A DNA stretch of 15,779 bases from contig NW_021825380.1 of NCBI RefSeq assembly GCF_006345805.1, positions 1 through 15,779 on the forward strand, written 5' to 3'. The DNA is from Octopus sinensis. Taxonomy: Eukaryota. The notes beneath the pieces are model-generated. The model did no database searches. It had not been told where the DNA came from and worked only from the letters and a program-made list of their open reading frames with translations. This document shows positions 8,210 through 15,779 of this stretch, one piece after another. Both the position numbers and the translations under genes were made by a program. Position 1 is the stretch's first letter. Every line of letters starts with the position of its first letter.

Positions 8210-8599
8210 CTAGCAGTATCGCCCGACGTTGCTCGGGTTTGTAAGGGAAATAACTATATAAGCATTTTTAGAGAGTTATAGCAAAAAAATGCATCAAAAA
8301 TGGGAAAAAAATGATGGTAATTTTTTTTTTAAATCGTTGACTCATCGTAGACATTTTTAGAGAGTTACTTCCCTTATATAATAGCGAAAAAATGCATTAA
8401 AATGGAAAAAAATGATGGTAAATTTTTTTTTAAATCGTTGACTCATCCTAGACGCGCGCTAATACCCAGAATGGCTCGATATGAATCACGACTATAAGAT
8501 ACCCGGTTTTGGTTAAACTGCACCGCAAAATGTGGGAGTAGTTAGGAATCTAAATCGTAGGAGACAGACAGCACACAACCTTACTTTTATATATAAAGA
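8210..8599 (-). mobile_element. Non-autonomous Helitron (left copy, 390 bp)
   Basis: On the minus strand it starts TC (TCTTTATATATAAAAG) and ends with the hairpin-like CCCGAGCAACGTCGGG, 8 nt, then CTAG. It is inserted between A and T with no TSD and has an internal duplication at 8263-8351 / 8352-8453. Confidence 0.82.
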
Positions 8600-8602
8600 T
8601 AA

Positions 8603-9106
8603 TCTATATATATAAAACTCTAGTTGTGTGAGTGTCTGTCCCCTTCGATTTAGATTCCTAACTCCTCCCACATTTTGCGGTGCAGTTTAACCAAATTCGG
8701 GTATCTTATAGTCGTGATTCATATCGAGCCCGTCTGACTATTAGCGCGCGTCAACGATGAGTCTACGATTTAAAAAATAATTTAACATAATTTTTTATTC
8801 CATTTTAATGCATAAAATGCATCGTATGTCGATGGCGCGGAGTTGGCGTCCACGCTCACAGCTGCACCTGTTTGCGTCTCCCCCTTCCCCCTCTCGTGAA
8901 GCTGTTGGGAAGGAGTGTAAGGAAATCAACGTCGTAATGCGTTGTGAAGGAAACCAGCGTTCTTTTGGAACAACGACTTCATGGCTTGAAGACACCAAAA
9001 CAAAAATGGCTAAGAAAGCCCGAATTTATAAGGGAAGTAACTCTCTAAAAATGCTTATATAGTTATTTCCCTTACAAACCCGAGCAACGCCGGGCGATAC
9101 TGCTAG
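8603..9106 (+). mobile_element. Non-autonomous Helitron (right copy, 504 bp), related subfamily
   Basis: It starts A|TCTATATATATAAAA and ends CCCGAGCAACGCCGGGCGATACTGCTAG|T. It shares about 210 bp of 5' and about 80 bp of 3' sequence with the left copy, with a different interior at about 8813-9025. Confidence 0.82.
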
Positions 9107-9240
9107 TATCTAATAAACTAGAAATGCCTTCTTCTCCACATTTAAGATTTAAGGTTTTATAAAGCGTCGAAAAATCGTACACATACATACCCTTGGCCTG
9201 TTTGCATTTAATCTGTCTTTCCAGAAATTACTCAGTTGAT
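9107..9240 (-). pseudogene. PLE RT fragment 2 (RT motif A)
   Basis: Reads STE*FLERQIKCKQAKGMYVYDFSTLYKTLNLKCGEEGISSLLD, with YDFSTLY at 9159-9179. Confidence 0.88.
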
Positions 9241-10509
9241 TTTTTTTTTTTATGCGCTCTTTTCAAGCCTAGCCAGGCTCATGGGCCCGATTTCCCGGTT
9301 TCTGTGGCGTATGTGTCCCCCACTAGATAGACGGGACGCCAGTCCATCGCAGCGTTTACCCAAGAAACAGGAAGAAAGAGTGAGAGAAAGTTGGGGCGAA
9401 AAAGTACAAAAGGGGGTCGCCACCACCCCCTGCCGGAGCCTCGTGGAGCTTTAAATGTTTTCGCTCAATAAACACACACAACGCCCGGTCTGAGAATCGA
9501 AACCGCGATCCTCCGACCGCGAGTCTGCTGCCCTAATCACTGGGCCATAGCGCCTCCACCTCATGGGCTCGGTTTCCCGGTTTCTGTGGCGTATGTGTCC
9601 CCCACTAGATAGACGGGACGCCAGTCCATCGCAGCGTTTACCCAAGAAACAGGAAGAAAGAGTGAGAGAAAGTTGGGGCGAAAAAGTACAACAGGGGGTC
9701 GCCACCACCCCCTGCCGGAGCCTCGTGGAGCTTTAAATGTTTTCGCTCAATAAACACACACAACGCCCGGTCTGAGAATCGAAACCGCGATCCTCCGACC
9801 GCGAGTCTGCTGCCCTAATCACTGGGCCATAGCGCCTCCACCTCATGGGCTCGGTTTCCCGGTTTCTGTGGCGTATGTGTCCCCCCCCCCCAGCTGGATG
9901 GGACGCCAGTCCATCGCAGCGCTTACCCAAGAAACAGGAAGAAAGAGTGAGAGAAAGTTAGGGTGAAATAGTACAACAGGGGTCGCCGCCACCCCCTATC
10001 GGAGCCTCGTGGAGCTTTAGATGTTTTCGCTCAATAAACACACACAACGCCCGGTCTGAGAATCGAAACCGCGAGTCTGCTGCCCTAATCACTGGCCATT
10101 GCACCTCCACCTCATGGGCTCGGTTTCCCGGTTTCTGTGGCATATGTGTCAACCCACCCTCCGCCCCAGCTGGAGGGACGCCAGTCCATCGCAGCGTTAC
10201 CCAAGAAACAGGGAGAAAGAGTGAGAGAAAGTTGGGGCGAAAAAGTACAACAGGGGTTGCCACCACCCCCTGCCGGAGCACCGTGGATCTTTAGGTGTTT
10301 TCACTTAATAAACACATACAACGCCCGGTTTGAGAATCGAAACCGCGATCCTCCGACCGCGAGTCTGCTGCCCTAATCACTGCCGGAGCCTCGTGGAGCT
10401 TTAAATGTTTTCGCTCAATAAACACACACAACGCTCGGTCTGAGAATCGAAACCGCGATCCTCCGACCGCGAGTCCGCTGCCCTAACCACCGGGCCATTG
10501 CGCCTCCAC
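9241..10509 (-). mobile_element. SINE family D head-to-tail multimer (four units plus an extra 5' segment) with one poly(A) tail and one TSD
   Basis: Units start at 9278, 9560, 9842 and 10111 (lengths 282, 282, 269, about 270), with a head segment at 10381-10509. The tRNA head reads GTGGAGGCGCAATGGCCCGGTGGTTAGGGCAG...GGTTTCGATTCTCAG. The T-run at 9240-9251 is poly(A) on the minus strand. The flanking repeats ACTCAGTTGAT (9230-9240) and ACTTAGCTGAT (10510-10520) match at 9 of 11 positions. Confidence 0.9.
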
Positions 10510-10912
10510 ACTTAGCTGATCTAACACTCCAAAAATAATTAATTCCTGAACTGTTATAAATTTTATCACCATATTTTTCCAAATATCTTCTAACCGCTTT
10601 TAAAGTGTCATTAACCAATAAAGAGCTGTTTATTTGTACAATTACCAGCTCCTGATATGAATCTGCTTTTGAAAGGAACTTTATGCATTTTAGGAATTCT
10701 AAAGTGTTTAGAGATATTTTTACCCTTTTCTTCCACTTCGAAACCACTCAATCTTTCTACTGTCGGTATAAATCTATTAATTAACTCATTAACGTTTTCC
10801 TATGTAATTGTGTATGTGTTGTCACCTATAAACTTAAATTCCTATCTAATCCTAACACTTCACCTACAACCATATAATATTTTTTACAAATTACTACAAA
10901 AGGTTCCTTATG
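10510..10912 (-). pseudogene. PLE RT fragment 1 (N-terminal RT extension, Naiad-like)
   Basis: With frameshifts it reads HKEPFVVICKKYYMVVGEVLGLD.../ENVNELINRFIPTVERLSGFEVEEKGKNISKHFRIPKMHKVPFKSRFISGAGNCTNKQL/LLVNDTLKAVRRYLEKYGDKIYNSSGINYFWSVRS. CKKYY is at 10874-10888 and PKMHK at 10680-10694. Confidence 0.85.
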
Positions 10913-10913
10913 G

Positions 10914-10921
10914 TATATGTG

Positions 10922-10974
<53 letters not shown>

Positions 10975-11057
10975 GTATAATAATAATAATTAGAGAATAA
11001 ATCCAAACTTGATTTGCCTAATAGTGGTTGGTTTTATCTCTAATTTAATATAATATA

Positions 11058-11093
<36 letters not shown>

Positions 11094-11110
11094 ATGTACG
11101 TATGTATATA
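10914..11110. repeat. (TA)n, (TAA)n and (TG)n microsatellites with a short complex spacer
   Basis: Direct reading of the sequence. Confidence 0.9.
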
Positions 11111-11807
11111 TGCATCTATCAAACTACCTTTCTATCTATTTATCTATCTATGGATAGATCGATCTCCCTCTCCCTCTCTTTCTCTATATGTCTGTCTATC
11201 TGTGTATATAGTTAATAGATCTGCAAACTAGTATTTATTTATCTATCTATCTATCTATTTATCTATCTATTTATCTGTCTGTCTGTCTATCTATGAATCG
11301 ATCTATCTCTCTATCTCTCGCTTTCTTTATATGTCTGTATGTCTGTCTGTCTATATAATTAATAGATCTTCAAACTACTATCTATCTATTTATTTGTATG
11401 TCTGTCTGTCTGTCTATCTGCCTATATAATTAATAGATCTTCAAACTATCTATCTATCTATCTATCTATCTATTTATCTGTCTGTCTGTCTGTCTATCTA
11501 TGAATCGATCTATCTCTCTATCTCTCGCTTTCTCTATATGTCTGTCTGTCTGTCTATCTGTCTATATAATTAATAGATCTTCAAACTACTATCTATCTAT
11601 TTATTTGTATGTCTGTCTGTCTGTCTATCTGCCTATATAATTAATAGATCTTCAAACTATCTATCTATCTATGAATCGATCTATCTGTCTATCTCTCGCT
11701 TTCTCTATATGTCTGTCTGTCTGTTTATCTGTCTATATAATTAATAGATCTTCAAACTCTCTATCTATCTATCTGTCCATCTATCTATCTATCTATCTAT
11801 CTGTCTA
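11111..11807. repeat. (TATC/TGTC)n (GATA/GACA-type) satellite with a higher-order unit
   Basis: The anchor TAATAGATCT(T/G)CAAACT occurs at 11213, 11360, 11431, 11571, 11642 and 11742 (spacings 147, 71, 140, 71, 100). Confidence 0.9.
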
Positions 11808-11866
11808 TCTTCTACTATAGCCTCGGGCCGACCAAAGCCTTGTGAGTGGATTTGGCAGACGGAAAC
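11808..11866 (+). mobile_element. SINE family A central-domain fragment
   Basis: TCTTCTACTATAGCCTCGGGCCGACCAAAGCCTTGTGAGTGGATTTGGCAGACGGAAAC matches the other family A copies. Confidence 0.88.
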
Positions 11867-12072
11867 CACCACCACCACCACAACCACCAATACCAACAAC
11901 ACCACTGCTACTATTACGATGACGATGGCGACTACCACGACAACCACCACCACCAGAACAAGCAATACCAACAACACCATTGCTACAATTACGATGACTA
12001 CTACCACCACAACCACCAACACAACCAGCATCACCACCACCACCACTGCCACCACCACCACCACAACAACAA
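11866..12072. repeat. Degenerate (CAC/CAA/TAC)n triplet repeat
   Basis: Direct reading. It gives the poly-His and poly-Val ORF artefacts. Confidence 0.92.
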
Positions 12073-12554
12073 TTTACTAACTTTCGTTATTGTACCATCA
12101 AAGTTCTGATTAGCCGATTGTCTTTTTTTTTTCTTTTTTGCAAAGTCTGTCCCGATTCTGATAGTCTTACATGAAGACATTCGAAGTTTAGTTCACGAAT
12201 GGTTATTTAGAAAAAAAAACTAAAATATAAAATTATAGACTATCTCCCCCTTAGTTTACCCAGATTCAGCCATGGAGCTATAAAATGCCAATATTTTCCA
12301 CACGACATATTTGTTTGTATGAATGCGTGATGGCTTCTTTGTTTGTTTGGGTAGCTGAGAGGAAAAAAAATAGCGAAGAAGTTAACGAATAGAATTTAAC
12401 TTCATTAATAATTATTTAAAAATATTAAACAAATATAAAAACATCCATAAACATTATAATATTTTTACCATCAAAATTCCAGCACCTATCCATCAAAATA
12501 TTCAATGACATTTTATATCCCCTCCATATTTGTTTGAGCGCGTGACTTAAATAT

Positions 12555-13759
12555 GTGGAAACACTCCGTCGGTTACGACGACGAGGGTTCCGGTTGATCC
12601 GAAGCAACGGAACAGCCTGCTCGTGAAATTAACGTGTAAGTGGCTGAGCACTCCACAGACACGTGTACCTTTAACGTAGTTCTCGGGGAGGATATTCAGC
12701 ATGACAAGAGAGTGACAAGGCCAGCCCTTTGAAATACAGGTACAACAGAAACAAGAAGAAAGAAAGAGTGAGAGAAAGTTGTGGTGTGAAAGAGTACAGC
12801 AGGGATCACCACCATCCCCTGCAGGAGCCTCGGATGGAAGCACTCAGTGTCCGACGACGAGGGTTCCGGTTTATCCGAATCAACGGAACAGGCTGCTCGT
12901 GAAATTAACGTGTAAGTGGCTGAGCACTTCACAGACACGTGTATCCTTAACGTAGTTCTCGGGGATATTCAGCTGTGACACAGAGGTGACAAAGTGACAA
13001 GGCCGGCCCTTGAAATACAGGTACAACAGAAACAGGAAGTAAGAGTGAGAGAAAGTTGTGGTGAAAGAATACATCAGGGATCACCACCATCCCCTGCCGG
13101 AGCCTCGGATGGAAGCACTCAGTCTGTTCCGACGACGAGGGTTCCGGTTGATCCGAATCAACGGAACAGCCTGCTCGTGTGAAATTAACGTGTAAGTGGC
13201 TGAGCACTCCACAGACACGTGTACCCTTAACGTAGTTTCGGGGATATTCAGCGTGACACAGAGAGTGACAAGGCCGGCCCCTGAAATGAAATACAGGTAC
13301 AACAGAAAAGGAAGTAAGAGAGTGAGAGAAAGTGTGGTGAAAGAGTACAGCAGGGATCACCACAATCCCTGCCGGAGCCTCGGATGGAAGCACTCAGTCT
13401 GTTCCGACGACGAGGGTTCCGGTTGATCCGAATCAACGGAACAGCTGCTCGGAAATTAACGTGTAAGTGGCTGAGCACTCCACAGACAAGTGTACCCTTA
13501 GCGTAGTTCTCGGGGATATCAGCGTGACACAGAGAGTGACAAGGCCGGCCCTTGAAATACAGGTACAAACAGAAAGAGTAGAGAGAAAGTTGTGGCGAAA
13601 GAGTACAGCAGGGATCACCACCATCCCCTCCGGAGCCTCGTGGAGCTTTTAGGTGTTTTCGCTCAATAAACACTCACAACGCCCGGTCTGGGAATCGAAA
13701 CCGCGATCCTATGACCGCGAGTCCGCTGCCCCCTAACCACTGGGCCATTGCGCCTCCAC
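12555..13759 (-). mobile_element. SINE family C multimer: one tRNA head plus four tandem headless bodies, with a perfect 13-bp TSD
   Basis: The head at 13759-13641 is the same as in family D. Bodies start, read on the plus strand, with TGGAA(A/G)CACTC at 12556, 12835, 13110 and 13385. The TSD GTGACTTAAATAT lies at 12542-12554 and 13760-13772. The tail resembles an RTE-LINE 3' end as I recall it. Confidence 0.92.
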
Positions 13760-14514
13760 GTGACTTAAATATACTGTAGCCAGTAACACAAAATGACGTT
13801 GTCCGTGTTCTCAGCCATCAACAGCTCCACGCCATATCTTTTTTCATTCTTTCTATTAAAAGGATAATTTTCTTTATCTTTCCTTTTATTCTCTCCTTTT
13901 CATTTAAACGACATTTGTACGAAACATTGATTCTTGTTCAATTCCATCCTTTCAGCGGAAAACTTAGACCCTTTCATTACGTAATAACATTTCACGGTCG
14001 TTCCATTAAGGATGTTAATTATACACCAAAATTACAACTGACAGGAAGTAAGAGTGAGAGAAAGTTGTGGTGAAAGAGTACAGCAGGGATCACCACCATT
14101 CCCTGCCGGAGTCTCGTGGAGCTTTTAGGTGTTTTCGCTCAATAAACACTCACAACGCCCGGTCTGGGAATCGAAACCACGATCCTATGACCGCGAGTCC
14201 GCTGCCCTAACCACTGGGCCATTGCGCCTCCACGTGACTTAAATATACTGTAGCCAGTAACACAAAATGACGTTGTCCGTGTTCTCAGCCATCAACAGCT
14301 CCACGCCATATCTTTTTTCATTCTTTCTATTAAAAGGATAATTTTCTTTATCTTTCCTTTTATTCTCTCCTTTTCATTTAAACGACATTTGTACGAAACA
14401 TTGATTCTTGTTCAATTCCTTCCTTTCAGCGGAAAACTTAGACCCTTTCATTACGTAATAACATTTCACGGTCGTTCCATTAAGGATGTTAATTATACAC
14501 CAAAATTACAACTG
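13567..14514. repeat. 474-bp tandem duplication (SINE-C 5' part, TSD and about 280 bp of unique flank)
   Basis: CGCCTCCACGTGACTTAAAT at 13751 and 14225. ATTACAACTG ends at 14040 and 14514. Confidence 0.95.
14041..14233 (-). mobile_element. SINE family C 5' part, created by the 474-bp duplication
   Basis: The head and central domain are present and the tail is absent. The breakpoint is at 14040/14041. Confidence 0.9.
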
Positions 14515-14603
14515 ATATTTTATAATTTTACATATATATAATATAGGGGCTATTAAGTTAGACATGGCCTGGACCAATCTTTGGTCGAAACATATCTAAG
14601 TTT

Positions 14604-14614
14604 TATATATATAT

Positions 14615-14692
<78 letters not shown>
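14604..14692. repeat. (TA)n(TG)n microsatellite
   Basis: Direct reading of the sequence. Confidence 0.95.
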
Positions 14693-14875
14693 TGCGTATT
14701 AAATGAGAAGGAAAACAAACCCAAGTGAAGTCAAGGCATCTCAGGTCATTTAGAACATTTAATTAGAATAAGTGAATTATTTTCTTTTGCAATACTTTTT
14801 TTCAGCATCTCCAGTAGATACGGTTTTCATATCCATCATTAAAGGTATTTGGTTCCTGTTCTGTAAAGAATTATT

Positions 14876-15245
14876 ATGGTGCCGGGTTCAATCCCACTGC
14901 GTGGCACCTTGGGTAAGTGTCTTCTACTATAGCCTCGGGCCGACCAAAGCCTTGTGGGTGGATTTGGTAGACAGAAACTGAAAGAAGCCCGTCGTATATA
15001 TGCGTATATATATATTATATATATATGTGTGCGTGTATGTTTGTGTGTCTGTGTTTGTCCCCCTAGCATTGCTTGACAACCGATGTTGGTGTGTTTATGT
15101 CTCCGTCACTTAGCGGTTCGGCAAGAGATCCGATAGAATAAGTACTGGGCTTACAAAAGAATAAGTCTCGGGGTTGAGTTGCTCGATTAAAGGCGGCGCT
15201 CCAGCATGGCCGCAGTCAAATGACTGAAACAAGTAAAAGAGTAAA
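14876..15245 (+). mobile_element. SINE family A, 5'-truncated (A box missing)
   Basis: It begins ATGGTGCCGGGTTCAATCCCACTGCGTGGC (B box GGTTCAATCC) and ends GACTGAAACAAGTAAAAGAGTAAA. Confidence 0.92.
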
Positions 15246-15443
15246 TGACCCGAAAAATTTTTAGAAAATCTGAAAAATTATCTTTTGAAATATTCGTCAC
15301 TGGGGATGTCTTTGGTAATCGTAGGATGAGGAAAAGTTTCTTTAAACCCTTTGGTAACCCCGCTTTCGGTCGTTCTACGGTGATAACAATTCTGAGCAGA
15401 TAAACGCGGTTTTCGTGTTCAAAGGTTTAAAAGAAATCAAGTA

Positions 15444-15779
15444 GGCGCAGGAGTGGCTGTGTGGTAAGTAGCTTGCTAACCAACCACATGGTTCCAGGTT
15501 CAGTCCCACTGCGTGGCATCTTGGGCAAGTGTCTTCTGCTATAGCCTCGGGCCGACCAATGCCTTGTGAGTGGATTTGGTAGACGGAAACTGAAAGAAGC
15601 CCGTCGTATATATGTATATATATATATGTATGTGTGTGTGTATATGTTTGTGTGTCTGTGTTTGTCCCCCTAGCATTGCTTGACAACCGATGTTGGTGTG
15701 TTTACGTCCCCTTCACTTAGCGGTTCGGCAAGAGATCCGATAGAATAAGTACTGGGCTTACAAAGAATAAGTCCCGGGG
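15444..15779 (+). mobile_element. SINE family A, running off the window end
   Basis: GGCGCAGGAGTGGCTGTGTGGTAAGTAGC...GGTTCAGTCCC..., homologous to the other family A copies. Confidence 0.93.

Noticed and set aside
8210-9106. Single MITE or foldback element with long TIRs
   Set aside because: There is no TSD, each half has its own TC...CTAG termini at A|T sites, the interiors differ, and the 3-bp centre is needed to restore the PLE frame.
9236-10376. Repeated ORFs in the SINE-D array, and similarly 12425-13673 in the SINE-C array
   Set aside because: They are translations of tandem SINE units, with indel differences between units and no domain signal.
11789-12109. Poly-Val and poly-His ORFs
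   Set aside because: Triplet-repeat artefacts whose starts lie in a SINE-A fragment or the GATA repeat.
9241-13759. CRISPR-like or tRNA gene cluster interpretation of the tandem arrays
   Set aside because: The units are 185-282 bp with no unique spacers, the context is eukaryotic, and the tRNA-like parts lack a complete cloverleaf and continue into SINE bodies.

Overview
This is eukaryotic, repeat-dense DNA, most likely from a coleoid cephalopod (Octopus-like). That assignment rests on my recall of its tRNA-derived SINE families and has not been verified by search. No intact host gene is supported, and almost all ORFs in the track are artefacts of microsatellites or SINE copies. The window is a layered stack of transposons. 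(1) A decayed Penelope-like (PLE, probably Naiad-type) reverse transcriptase gene lies on the minus strand from about 10912 to 7285. It is split by four younger insertions: a SINE multimer, two non-autonomous Helitrons inserted head-to-head 3 bp apart, and one more SINE. Removing each insertion restores the RT reading frame. (2) Four tRNA-head SINE families, labelled A-D here, are present. B, C and D occur as head-to-tail multimers, and the C and D multimers are each bracketed by a single target-site duplication. (3) An antisense SINE-B sits inside another SINE-B with an 8-bp TSD. (4) A 5'-truncated R4/Dong-type non-LTR element sits in a (TAA)n tract. (5) The rest comprises two local tandem duplications (about 405 bp and 474 bp) and many micro- and minisatellites, including a 1.1-kb degenerate (GAT)n. 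Family names are from memory of the literature and need confirmation by profile search.
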